Positions 36,701 to 49,700 of a stretch of 64,000 bases of DNA are shown piece after piece. A model generated the notes under the pieces. That model did no database searches, was not told the DNA's origin, and worked only from the letters and a program-made list of their open reading frames with translations. Both the position numbers and the translations under genes were made by a program. Location: positions 15,182,373-15,246,372 of the forward strand of contig MU053881.1 in assembly GCA_013239625.1 (NCBI GenBank), written 5' to 3'. Positions within the stretch are counted from its first letter, which is position 1. Every line of letters starts with the position of its first letter. The DNA is from Lama guanicoe. Taxonomy: Eukaryota.

Positions 36701-39700
36701 GGGGGACGATGGTTTCCCCACTCGCCCCCACCCAGCCCCACTCCGTGGCCCGCCCGCACCAGCCTCACACGCACCACCACCAGGAATGCAGGAAGCCCGG
36801 AGGCTCCCCCAGCGTAATGTTCTTCTCCCATCGGATCTGCAGGGGAGAGGGAAGGAAGGTGAGGGGCTCGCTGCCTGGCCCTGTCTGACCCCTTCCCCTC
36901 CCAAGAGGCAGCCTCAGCCCAGCTCGGTGCCCAGGGAATACTGGGGCAGGAAACCAGGGGGTCAGAGCAAGGGAGCCAGGTCAGGAGCAACTTGGGGAGT
37001 CCAGGGGCAGAGAAGCGGCCGGCAGATCCTCGGATGGATGAACAGATGCCAGAACACCAGCCTGCGGGCCCTGACCCGTCCCAGCCCTCAGTTTCCAGGG
37101 CACAATCCGACCCCACCATTGGAGACCTGACAAAAATGGAGTAGGGAGGATCCCAGGGTGTGGGTGGTGAGGAGAGGCTGGCTGGTGGGGAGGGGGACCT
37201 GCCTGGCCGGGCCAGCTTACCTCGGATAGAAAGGTCTGGGCTGACTTCTGGGCACCAACGTGCAGCAGGTACTCATATACGTAGAGCGCCAACCTGCAGG
37301 CAGGGGAGGGGGCTGGCTCAGGCTCTCAGGAGGCCTGTGGCAGCCCCAGAGCCCCTCCCTGAGGGTCCTTGGGAGGGGCTTTCCAGGGAGGCACCTGCTC
37401 TCCAGACCTACCTCCAGCCTCACATGCTTCCCCCATTGGTCTCCTGATTCCCCAGTTTCCCCCAGTCGCCCCTCAGAAAAGATGGCCTCCTCACCAGTTG
37501 CTCAGCCCAGTCAACACCTACACATCCATCAACGCCCAGCCTGCAGGCCCCTGCTCTAGACAGCACTTCTAGCAGTGCCCAATCCCCCATTTCCAAGCCA
37601 AATTCTGCTCAGTTCAACATCCCCCAAAGGACCAAATCCTGGCTTCATCCTGCCAATGCTGAGACCCCAGAGCAGCCTTGATCCCAGGGAGGTCCTCTGC
37701 TTGGAGAAAGGGCCCCTGAGTGTCACTCTAGATTGTGCTCTGGGTGGGGTCTCCCAGCAGGCACCCTGGGCTATGTGGCCAGGCCCAGCACACTGCCAGC
37801 CTCCCTGCCGAGAAAGGAAAGGGTCCCTCTGACCCAAGGTCTTCGTCTTCCAGGTGTCCCCGGACCTCATCCTCTTCCTTAGGATCAGTTCCCATCCACC
37901 AGTGAGGCTATGACTTATTCATACCAGGTCCCCAGGGGAAGTTGGGGGAAGTGGAGGTAGGGCCAGCAGTGCCACTCAGCTGCTATGGCACCCCGTGGAC
38001 CAAATGCCCAGTGCTTGGTACCACCGGACACACCAACTTGGCTGCTGCCCACCCGAAGAACACAAGCCACCCTCCAACCAGCAGCACCATTCTCAGGTCA
38101 CACAAGGAGGCTAGACCATCCACACAGCTTTCCAGGCCTTTTCATCCTTAGACTCCACTCCACCCCCTCCCCATCTGTCTTCTATACCAGCCAGCAAAGG
38201 GACAACTCCTGCCCCTGGGGGGTCATCCATTCTTCCCCATCCACCCACTCCACCAGCCCCTCCAGGCATCCCAGGGTCCTTCTACTGTCCAGCCAGGCCT
38301 CAGGTGGGCTGGGGGGTTCTGGATCCAAGACTGGGGGTCCCCCAAGGGCTGGCTTGAGGCTACTCTGGTGAAAGCTGGAGGCCCTTCCAGATGCCTTCCC
38401 ACTCAGCTGGCCACTGGTTCCATCCTAAAATAACCTTGCTTTGACTTACTCTCCTGCTTTTCTCCCGCCCTTCCCAGCTCAGCTGCTCAACCCTCACATC
38501 CCAGCCCCCCCTCAGCAGACCACCCCAACCCCCAGGTCAGACCTCACCCAGGCTGTTCCAGTCCTTTTCTCCTGCTTCCCCCATCCCCGCCACTCCCCCT
38601 CCATGGGTTCTGCCCTTGCCCTGGATCCTCTTCCTCCCTTCATTCATCTGTCTCTCCAGTCATTCATTCATTCAACAAACATGCACCCAGCACATCCTTG
38701 AATAGTGAGCATAACAGACCCTGTCCCCCTGGAGGTCCTCTCACAGGGAGAGACAGAAGCAACAATACAAAGGAGAAGGTAAGTTGCGTGGTGGTGGGTT
38801 GGAAGGTGGTGCCTGTTACAGAAGGACAAGCGGGGAGGCTGGGGGTCAGAGTGGACAGCCATCCCAGGGCAAGGTACGTCCATAGCTCACACTGTACCAC
38901 ATGGGCTGTGACAGCTGCTGGAGGGAGAGAAATGGGGCGGAGGAGTAGGATACATGGGGTCACGTAGTTTTGAGTGTTTTCCCCCCCCCAAGACTGGCCA
39001 AGGTTCCCACCTCATCATCACACCTCTCAGCAGCGCCTCCAACCCAGGCCCCCCCAGATCCCAACAGTGCACCCCAGAGGTCTCCAGCATTCCCCTTTCC
39101 AGCCCAGTTGCCTTCCTTGACCTCCAGCATCCACAATCATCTGTCCAGCTCACTCCTGCAACCAATCCTCCCTTTCTGGAGGCTTCACAAGTGGCTTGCA
39201 AGTATGAAGCAATGAACATGAAAAGCCAATGGGGCCAGAGGATCATTATCAAGAATTACCTGACCAGCCCAGCCTGCTCACCACCTTATCCTCAGGCAAA
39301 GAGAGAGGCTAAGAGAGGTCCAGCTGGCCTCTGCCCACCTGGGGGGACAGTGAAGGGAGCAGGAAAGGCTGAGGGGATGAGATGCCTGGAGAGAGGGAGG
39401 GAGACTGAGCTGAGGGGATCCAGGTAGCTGCCCCATGAGGGAAGGGCAGGAGCATGGGGTGGGGGGAGGATGAGGGGGCTGCACTCTGGACAGCTCCCAC
39501 TCCAAAGGCAGGCAGAAAGCTCTCAATCCCCCTCCTCCCCTCTCCCTGGGTGGCCTCCCCTCCCACTTTGATGACTGACACTGTACAGCTGCCCACAGGG
39601 TGCTCCTGGACCCAGGGTCTTAGGATCCACCGTCCACTTGATATCTTAAAGGCCCAGCCCCACCCCAGCTTCTTCCTGTCCTGCCTGTCCTGCGCCCCAG

Positions 39701-42700
39701 CCTGGGTGGTCTGGACTCACACAGGTGCAGGGCATGTGTGAAGATCCACCCAGCTGTCCCCCTAAGATCACTGCATTTACTGAACTTGGCGGGGGGGGGG
39801 ACATAAGGAAAAAGCACTCTCTCTGATTCTGAGCCTTCTCCCTGCCTTCCTCACCACACCCCTGTTCCAGGCCACCACCATCACTTACCTGGATTCCCAC
39901 AGGGCCCCTCCAGGAGCTGCTTCCTCTCCCACCCCTGGAGTCTATACTCCCTTGGGCTCCCTACCCCCACCATGCACTCCTCACTCAAGACCCTCCAGTG
40001 CCCCCCCCCACATTAGCCACTCTCTACTCCTCCACCCAGGGCCTTTGCATAGGCGGTTCCCCCACCTAGGGCATTTCTGCTAGAGACCCTCATGGCTCCA
40101 GTGTCACCTGTCAGAGGCGTCCTATCATTTCTAACCCCAGCCCTAGTCCATTCTCCCCCATCATCATATTTATCTCCATCTGACACAAGTCTCTGCTTAT
40201 CACCTGCAGCCCTCTGGATGTAGCTTTGGGAGGGTGGGGACTTCGTCTCACTCCTGAGCTTACACAGAGCTGGGCATCCTGGGCCCCCAGCCACACTGAA
40301 GGATGAACCAACCAACCCTGGACCCCCTCCTGGGATGTCCAGGAAGCACAGAGGGAAGTCAGCACTTACTATCCTGATGTTAAAGATTGGGGTTGTAACC
40401 CAAAAGCAAAGAAAAGCTGGAGTAGGTTTTCAGTTTTGCTTGTTTTCTCATACATTTTGGTACTTAAATTTTTATTAGGATCGAGTGTCAGAGAATTGTG
40501 AGCAGTTTGTTTTTGGTGAAAAGTTTCTAAGCCTGGACATTTGATCAGGTTGTTTTGGGACCTCCAGGGCCCCCCACTGAGGGAGGGTATCTAGCTTGGG
40601 GGTCATTGTCCAGACCCTGAGCTGGGTTTATGGGGAAGGGCCTGGGCCCTGGATCCAAATCCTAGCCCCACCCCGGGCCCTGGTCAGCAAATGGCCTGCA
40701 GAATGAAGAGCCCACCCATCAGAGGGGCAGGCTTCTGCTTCAAGAAGGCAGGAGATGGAAGGGGGCATAGGGCGGCCCTGGGAGGCCCTCCCTCTAGAAG
40801 GTGACCTGGAGGATAGGGGTGTGCCCAGACCTGGAGTGCTCATGGGGAAGAGGTGCAGACGGGGCTGCAGCTGCACAGGGAAGCAGCGACTTAATGGGAT
40901 ACTGAAGTCTCCTGGGCTAAAATGCAGCACTATCGTATCAAAAATCATTATCAAGAATTACAGTATCAGGTGCTCCCCTCCCAGCTCCCCCCTCTCCCTT
41001 AAAGCCCCTGGAGGCACATGCTGCTAGGGGCTGGGAGATGCCCTCTATTCAAGGCCTTGTGTCACCCCCTCACCCCCTCCACCCCGTCTAATACATCACC
41101 AGGTCACACCGATGCCCCCAAAGAGACTCCCCAGCCTACACATGTCCTCCCTCCCCTCTGCCACCCTCATGGCCAGGCCTTCAGCTCTTAAGAGCCAGGG
41201 TGGTGGCCACCCTCATCACTGGCTTCCTGGCAGTCTCCTTACAGCCCTTCTCCCACCCAGCAGCCAAAGTAACGACCCCTACTCACAAATTCCACCCCAG
41301 CCTTCCTGCTCCTCCCTCTCCCTCCCCAGAAGCTTCCTGGAGACCTTGCCAGGAGGCTCCCCTATGTCTGCTGGCTCTGCTCAGCCTCCAGGACTTAGTT
41401 CAGGGACCCCTTAAGAACCTCTTACCCACACCAACTCCCACAACAAGGATGCCCATGGCCACACCTGAAAGCCCAGACAGGGATGGGACTGACACACGGT
41501 GATTCCCTTGCCCGCCGGGCTAATGAATAAACCACCTGAGGTGATGTACCCAAATCAAAACTAATCTCGGGAGGAAAAACACAAGGTGCCCAGTGACACT
41601 GACCATGATTGTCATTTCTAGAACTATTCTAAACCCACATGGCACCACTTAAAGTGTTCAAGGATATACACACACACAAAGCAAATGTTTAGATCTCCCC
41701 CCCACCCCAATTTCGGAGCCTCTGGGGCTGAAGGGGGAAGAGATGCAAAGGGGAAAAAAGGGCCTTCAACTGTCCCTGTCACTTTCATCCCCTTATTTAA
41801 AAAGACCTGAAACCAATGACCAAATGCACGTGCTAGTTAGTTCTGAGTGGTAAGTGCTCTCACGGCTTCCCTGTAGGTTGGAGTGTTCATTATTTACAGG
41901 GGGAGAAGCTGTGTCATCCTGCAGGCAGCCCCCTCAGACCCCAGCATCCCCCTCAACCACCCTGTCACACCTGCATTGTGCTCCCTGGACTCTGCACTCA
42001 CCACTGCTTGCTGTGAGCCCCCCGAGGGCAGGGACCCATCATCCATGCACCCAGCAGGCACTCAGTCCATTTCTGGAACAGACTAGTGTTGAGATGGGGA
42101 ACCCCCACGACAGGGCACAGGACAGGGGCCCAAGAAGGAAGGAGAGGAAGGGCAGAAGGCAGCAGGGTGAGATTGGGGAGGACAAGCAGTTCAAGAGTCA
42201 AGGACCCAAGTAGTGGAACCCCCTTCACCCCGTTTCACAGAGGAGGAAACCAAGGCCCAGAGACAGAAAGCGGCTCTGTTGGTGGCTGCCTGTGAGGGGT
42301 GCGCTACCTGCAGCCTCTCAGCCAGTCCTTGTGAGAATCCTGCCATGCCAGTTGTCCACACTTCAGATGAGGAAGCTGAGGCGCAAAGCAAGCAGCCCAC
42401 CTCTCCCGTGGATCAGCCCCAAGCTTCTGAAAGCTTTCCTGTGCCCTAGAGCCTGAGACTTCAGCAGGCCCCTTCTCCTGGGGCCCAGCATCCCCATCGG
42501 GGAAATGGATGTTACCATCTGGTGTTTCCCAACTTTCTTTAGCAGCAGAACTTCACCTCCAAATCAGTGCTTAAATGGGACCCTCTATAAGAAATGGATA
42601 AGTGTACGATGGCTCTGACCAAAGATGGGACTGGAGAACAGGTGATATAATGGGACCTTCAGCCTCCATGTGCGGTACTTCTGTAGATCCCAGCAACCTC

Positions 42701-44976
42701 CAAGAATCTCTGCTGGGCAGGCTAGGGAGTAAGGGTATGATGGGGGAAGGGGGCCAGGAATTCAAATAACCCCCTCTTATAGCCCTGGCTGAGAGACGAG
42801 GCCAGGTTCAAAGAATCAAAATCCTGGATTGTCCAGTGGGATTGAAACCCAACTCCAAACCCCACCATCCCAGCTCAAACCTGTTAGTCCCTCCCTTATC
42901 TTCACAGTCACCACTTAAGCTGCCATCTTTAGCTTTCTCCCAGATAGCTGTGCCTGCACACCCCCTACCCAGGTCCCCTGACCCTCTACCCCAGCCCGAC
43001 CCCCAGTAAGCCCCACTCCACAAAGGAGGTGGAGGACACTTTTGAACACAAGCTTCTCTGGCCCACAGGTCATGCCCTGACCTGGGGAACCAGCCCCAGC
43101 TCTTTGGCCTGGCCTTACCCCAGGGCCTTTGCACTTGCTGTGCCCTCAGCCACCTGCTTTTCCTCCAGGCCTCTGCACACCTGACATCTTCCTCACACCT
43201 CACTATGACACCCTTTCCCTTCTTCATAGCACATCTCAAGATCCTCCCATCGGCTTGCTGCATAACTCCCTTGCCTCCCTGCTAGGATGTGGGCTTCTTG
43301 AGGGCCAGGGCCTGCCTTCCCAACCCAGAACACAGCCCAGCATATATCTGACCAAGTGAACAATTCCCACTGGGGTAGTGGTAGACCCAAAACCCCAGCA
43401 GCCAGAGTACAAGGATGGTCGGGGACAGGCAAGGATCCCCAGGAGTGGGCTGGCCATGCCAGACACCCCCTGCTTCCAACCTGGCAGGAGGCACGTATCA
43501 GCTTCAAAAAGTCTTCCTGCTTCATGGTGCTTGGAAATGGAGTCCAACCTCATAACTGTGCAGATAGACAAGAGAGGCCTGGAGGAGCAGTCATCTGTCT
43601 AGCGTCTTCCGGCCACAAGAACTTCTTCGCCAAAATTACCCCAAGGCTGAGTAGAAAATGGACACTCATCCTTGTGTAGAGGGGGCTCCCAATATCAGCC
43701 CAGGCAGAAAAGGCAGGACAGGAGAAGGGGGCTGACACCCATGTCCAGAGATCTTCTTCACTGCCCAGATGTTCAGCTCCTTCCTCCTGCTCTGGTCCTC
43801 AAGGAGACTCATCATGGGACCTCTCCTTTATGACCCAGCCTCCTCTCTGCTCCAGAAGCTGGGTTCCCACCCTAGGCCACCCTAGGTGACTCGACTACTA
43901 GGATCTTGCGACTCAGCCATTGGCCATCAGCCATGGCAAGCCTTCCGTTCTCTCTGGCACTGTAACAATACTGCAAACCTTTGAGTGCCCTTGCTGTGAG
44001 ACAGTCACAGCTCCTAGCACCTTTCAAATGCCCCCCAAACCTAAGAGATAGCACTATTATATTATGTCTGCACTTCTCAGGAAAGGAAAGTGAGCTTGGG
44101 GGAGGGGACGCTCCCTCACCAAAGCCACAGAGCAGGTAAGTGGCAGTATCAAAGGCAAGCACAGCAGCCCAGTTTAAGGCCGCCTCTCCACCTCCAAAAG
44201 CTCTGATACCCCTCAGCCCCTCACCGCAGAGTCTGGGAGGTACCTGTCCTACCAGCCTGAGAGCACCTGCCACCCACAGCCCAGGGTCACGCCAAGAACA
44301 AATGGGGGCTTCGGGTTTGTAAGTCTTGCAGCTTTCCCAGGGGCTTCACCCACCTGTCCCAGCCCAGGCTGGACAGGTGGCCTTGTTGGGTGGGGGCGCC
44401 CCTCAAGCCCTGCCCTAGTCTCTAAAGCTCTTCCCGAAGAGTGGGGGTCTCAGAGCGGCCAGTCTCGACTGCCCCGGAAACTTCCCTGGAGAATAGGGAA
44501 AGCAGTAGGAATCCAGACCCCGCGCGCACAGGCATCCAATTCTCCACCGTCGAGGAGGTCTCGCTACCCTCTAGTCCCGATCTGATCTCGCGCGCGCCCG
44601 CTAATCTCGCGCCCCTCGGGTCTCCTGCGTCCCTTCAACTCTCACGACCTCTTGAATCTCGCGCGTCCCCTCAAATCTCGCGTCCCTTTTAAGCCCCTCA
44701 CACCTCTTGGGTCGTACGCACTCCTACGTATCTCGAGACCCCTCGCGCCCCGTGGGTCCCGCGCGCCCCCTCAAACCTCGCGACCCCCTGAACGCGCTCC
44801 GGCCCCGAAAGCCCTGCACCCCGTACGCACGTGCCCAGCGCGGTGCCGGGGCCCACGGAAGCGGCGCTATCCCCCAGCCCCGCCCCCGGCTCCCGCGGTC
44901 CCGGTCCACCGACTCACTTCTCGCGTGCCTGGCTATCGGAGGGCACAGCCGAGCCCTTGCCCCCCTTGGCGTACAT
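29780..44976 (-). CDS. SSBP4: Single-stranded DNA-binding protein 4 (SSDP/LUFS family, LDB1 cofactor), 362 aa without the cassette exon
   Basis: Exons in transcription order: 44918-44976, 37221-37293, 36775-36836, 36602-36686, 33048-33137, [32551-32616, acceptor lost], 32269-32328, 32114-32183, 31894-31961, 31744-31811, 31408-31453, 31292-31327, 31137-31191, 30984-31054, 30812-30890, 30399-30427, 30186-30293, 29780-29809. Total 1089 nt in frame without the bracketed exon. N-terminus [71 protein letters not shown] (LisH/LUFS), Gly/Pro/Met-rich body, C-terminus YSPGMTMSV. Confidence 0.96.
38640..38770 (-). mobile_element. L2 LINE 3'-end fragment
   Basis: cattcattcattcaacaaacat, the reverse of the L2 tail. 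Confidence 0.6.
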
Positions 44977-45420
44977 GCTGCTCCAAGCCGCCGCCGCCGC
45001 CGGGGCCCACACCTGTCAGGCGGCACCGCGGTCCGCGCTCCCGGTCGCCATAGCTACCCGGCGCCCGGGGCCTCACGGCCCCGAGCCCCGCACGGGCATC
45101 GCGGGCTTTGTCCGCGCGGGGGAGCTCCAGACGGCCGAGACGGCGGCGGCGGCAGCTCCAGCTTTGGCTCTGGCCGCGGGTTTTATTTTCTTCCTCTCTT
45201 CGTTCAGCGCGGGCTGTTCCGGGAAGCGCGCGCCCCCTCCTCCCGCCGCGCGCGCCCCCGCCCGCCGCCTCCCCGTCGCCCGCGGGCGCCGCTCTTAAAG
45301 GGGCGATGGCGGGAGCGCGGGTGGGTCCCGCCGCCGGGACCGTGGGCCGGGCGCGCACGCGCAGTGCCCGCCGCGGAGGGAGGAGGCGTGGGGCACTAGT
45401 GGGGACAGCCACCCGGGGGT
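44500..45420 (-). promoter_or_regulatory. SSBP4 CpG-island promoter, 5'UTR and start of intron 1
   Basis: CpG-dense block around the ATG at 44976, with GC boxes and a TATA-like TTTAAG on the minus strand at 45294-45299. Confidence 0.82.
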
Positions 45421-45649
45421 ACACAGCGGGGCTCAGCTGATCACGGCTAGACACACACTCTATCCAGACAGAACAAGCCACCCACATTGTACACCCAAGA
45501 AAGCAGCCACACTTAGTTGCGGCTACACACTCCGACACATGACTTTACACACATAAATCCTCACAGTTACTGGAACAACTACTGATAGCCCCATAAAGCT
45601 ACAGGCATTCACACTTGGTGTATCACCCCGCAGAGCTACCTACACCCAG

Positions 45650-45678
45650 CACACACACGCACACACACACACACACAC
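45650..45678. repeat. (CA)n microsatellite with one interruption
   Basis: cacacacacgcacacacacacacacacac. Confidence 0.9.
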
Positions 45679-48600
45679 CCGCTCAGGGACACACCGTCAT
45701 ACACGTAGATATACAGAGCTCAAATAATGGTTGTTACAGAATATTGAAAACAGACTACATTCATGTAGGCACACAGCCGCAAAAGACATGCATCGGCACG
45801 GCTGTGCCACAGCTTCCAACAGCTGTGGGAAGAGTCCACGCAGCTGCTAGCGGTCACCCTGGGCACACCGTCGCAAACTCCGGAGGGCTCCTCACAGGGA
45901 CCTGGGGTCTCACCAAACCACAGAGGACTCAGTGTCACAGAGTCACATGCAACACAAAGACTGCACAGACCAAAAGCTCCTGGGGTACTCAGGCCACACC
46001 CTGGAAGCCACTCTGCACTGCCCCACAGTCAACACCTCGTGTCAATAGTAGGTGCTAGGTGACTGTTGTTTACTGACTGGGTCACTCCCGCTGGCTCCGC
46101 CTCTCAGCCTACAGCTGCCAGCTGTAAAAGGGATGCATTCCACCTTTAATTACCCCCCTACAGGAGTCGGGTGCAGGGAGTGCCTCTTTCCCCCACCTGG
46201 AGCCCTTCTTCTCCCCCTAGAGGGTGTGCAGAGGAGGTGGGGGCCAACACTGAGGCAAGGACTCCCGCAGGGCAGGGGCACCTGGGAGGGATGGAGTCCT
46301 GTGTGCCCGGCCACCCGTGTGCCGTGTGCGCTGGCTGTGTGTGGGCCGAGTCGGGGAGGCGGTCCAGTTGCGACTCTAGGTCTGGATGCTTTTATGATTG
46401 TTTGCCATAGGTATTCTGTTTGCCGTATATGACCGCGGGTGTGTTTGTGTGTGTGTAAACACGCGGTTCCTGTCTGAATGCACGTGTGCGTCGTTGTGCG
46501 TGGGGAATTAGCAGGAACCTCGTCGCTGTCCGGGCAACCGTCCCTAGCTCTGCGGCCGTGGTGGTGCGTCCGCGGCGGTTGTGCTGGGCCGAGTGACGCC
46601 GCGTCAGGCTTTGTGCACTAGTGTGTGTGCCTCCGCGAGTGGGTGGATTGCTGGCCCCCTGGGATCTGTGCTGTGTGGTGGTGCGCTCAGATTTCCCGTG
46701 TCGTGTGTGTCTCCCTCCGAGCGCCCCTCCCGCTGCCCGCCGACCCCCACATCATGCTTTCCTCTTAGAAGTCCCCCCACTACCCTCCCCCCTGCAGCCT
46801 TCTGACGGGCGGGAAGTCGCGAACCGCTGGGGTTCCAGACAGGCGAAGAGGAAGGGAAGGGCCAAGCGGCCCCAGCCCCGCCCCCATCCCGAGGGGCCCG
46901 GGCCGGGGGTTGGAGGGGAACGCCAGCCCTTCCCACTTCCTGTCCAGCCGGCCACCCCCTCCCCCAGCTTCCTCTCCTGCAGGCCTCCCGGGGCCCCGGC
47001 CCGCCCGGAGGAGGGGCCCTCGCTGCGCGCAAATGGGGGCGTGGCCGGCCGGCTTCTGTCGGGCGTCTAGCAGGCGACTGCTCAATGCCCTAGGGGCCAC
47101 CGGTGCTTGGGCGTCAAGGACACCCTCATTGTAATACCCGTTCCCGTCACCGTTCTCCAGCACCTACTCCCAGCCCAGCACAGAGAGGGTGTGACTCACC
47201 CAAGTCCCACAGTATACTGGTGACAACTGTGACTCCCGGGTCCCACGGACGCTCTCCCCATCACCCCAAGTGCCCCCATTTATTGCCTAATGCTCTGTGG
47301 CTCCCCAGGATTCTGTGTGCCCTGGGCAGGTCCCTCGCCCTTTCTGAACCGCGGTTCCTTGAGTCGATGTGTCTTCATTCTACCCGCAAACATTTATTGA
47401 GCTCCTGCTGTGTGCCAGGCCCTGTGGCCCCAGCCAGGTCACGTTGCTACTGCTTGTGGAGCTAAGGGTCTGACGAGGAAGGCGGACAGTCAAAAGCTGA
47501 CGAGTCAGTAGGACAGTTTCAGGGAGTGCCACGTGCTAGCAGAGGGAGGGGTCCCTGGTGAAGAGGACTGGGCGACCGCTGGGTTGGAAGGCGGAGGAGG
47601 GAGGGAGAGAGGGAGGAAGGAAGGGTGGGAGGGAGGGAGGGAGGCGGAGGCGCCCGCGGTCCCACGAGCTGCCAAGCAGGAGGCGAGGCGGCGGGGGTGA
47701 CGAGCGCGGTTCTCATGGTAACCGGGACGGCTCTTCAAAACACAGCCTGGGCGCCAGCGGAAAAGTCCGAGAAAAGCGAGCTCTGGGCCCCACACGGCGT
47801 CCGGGAAGCTGAGCCCCGCGCACATCCAACCAGGGCGCACGCCCTGCAATAGCAAAACCATAGAAGGGCCCCCTTCCCCGCCACCCATGCGAGGGAGGAG
47901 CATGAGGGGAAAGGAATTTTTTTTTATAAGAAGGGGAGGAGGTGGATCCAAAAGATCTGGAAAAAAAATGTTCAGATTGCAGTCAAGGCGAGTGCAAAGG
48001 CTCTAAGGTGGGCACATGGTGAAGGTATTGGAGGCAGAGAGAAGAGGGCTGTGTGACTGGAGCAGAGGGAAGAGGAGCAGAGGGGCCGGGCCACTCCCGG
48101 CAGAGACAGGTTGGGATTTGTTTTGAAAGGAATAGGGAACAACGGGAGGGTGTGTAGCTGCGAAGGGCAGGATCTGCATTCGAATTTTAAGAAGCTCCAT
48201 AGGGCTATCGGGTAGATCGGGATGGCGTGGAGGAGGCAGGGAGCTTGACCTGGGAAGAGGCCCAGGTTGACAGGGGTCCTGGGACAGGGCAGGCCCGGGA
48301 ATTGGTTTAAGAGACGGAGTGGGCCGTCGAGGAGAGCTCAGGCTCGAGACTGGACCATAGACCTGAGACCCCTTTGCTGGCTCCCGGTCGCCCCCGTGTG
48401 GCTGCGCGGGGACTGCAGCCACCGACGCCAGCAAACCCAAGCCCCGTAGGGTTGGAGTCTGTGCCTGCGGGAGCCTGAAGACCGCTCTCCTGGTCGGGCA
48501 TGCGGACGGCCTGGAGGGGCCATCCCTCCCCTCACTGATGCCCTTCCAGCCCTTGCATTCTTCAGATCCATCCTTCACAGGCCCACCTCCCGGCCTTTGC

Positions 48601-49624
48601 ACTGACTGTTCCTGCCGCCTGGAGCGCTCTTTCTCTGGTTCCTGGTCTGGCCTAGTCTGGCTCTTCGGCCTTTGGCTGCAGTCTTCCTTCTTCTCCCCCA
48701 CCCACCTTCTCTTTCTCCTCCTCTCCCTCCCTTTTCTCCTCCGCCCCCCCCTTCTTCTCCTCCGTATCTCCCTCCCGCTGCCTCCTCGCCTTCCCTGGCC
48801 ATCTCTTCCAGATTACTGGTTCTGCACTAGCCTTGGTTGGACTTGACACTGTTACGGTAAAATAATGCCTCAAGTAATCTGTTGGCAGCGTCGGCCTCCC
48901 TTTAGATCCTCCCTCCCGGCAGACACAGCGGTGGGGGTGTCCATGAATATGTTACTTGAGTCCCTCCATTAAGGGGTGGGGACTTTGGGAGGGGCCTGGA
49001 TCCAGGCGGGAGACCCCGGCAGCCCCTCCCTAGCACTGCGTGGGAGGCGGCCACAGCTGGGAGCAGGGTCTGCGCCTTGAGACATTGCCTCTTAGAAGCT
49101 GTAATTATGGGTAATTTTCTAACTGCAACACAAAAATTAAAACCCAAACAACACCGGGAGGGAAGAAGCCACAGCAGCTGGTGAGCACCGGGGTAGGCTG
49201 GGGTACGGGTGGAGGTTCCAGCCTAGACTTGGTGGGAGGAGCAAGAACCCCTGAAGGGATGAAGGAGCGGGGGGGGGGGGAAGGGCCATTCGGATCGGCT
49301 GGACTCTTTGGAGAGCCAGCAACCCCTTGGAGTCGCAGGTTTGCGAAATGGGGACTATACCCCAAGACCAATCACCTGGCGGCGGAACTAATTTCCCAGA
49401 TGGAGGACCTGGGCCTGGGTTTGAACCCTGGCTGTGTCGGTCCAGCTCTCTGGCCCTGACACTGACCGCTTCCAGCACCTTCCGTGGCGCCACAGCCCGC
49501 AAATCAAAACCCCGGCCCTGCCACCCTGTACTTGGAACTCCTGAGTCAAGCTAATAATTAGAGCTTAGTGCACCCAGCTCTGATCAGCTCTTAAAAACCT
49601 CCCATCAGCTTCATGAGAGAGGTA

Positions 49625-49700
49625 GCCTTTCTTCTCCTCATGTTACAGAAGGGGGAAACTGAGGCTCAGAGAAGCACCTACGGGGTCACATGGGCGATCC
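49625..49700 (-). mobile_element. MIR SINE fragment
   Basis: ttacagaagggggaaactgaggctcagaga. Confidence 0.65.

Noticed and set aside
44707..45538. 200-230 aa ORFs on both strands over the SSBP4 promoter
   Set aside because: CpG-island artefacts; only 44918-44976 is coding, plus the short uORFs reported above.
48003..48701. 232-aa minus-strand ORF upstream of SSBP4
   Set aside because: Non-ATG start, composition driven by a purine tract, and no family resemblance. PhyloCSF or Ribo-seq support would be needed to revive it.
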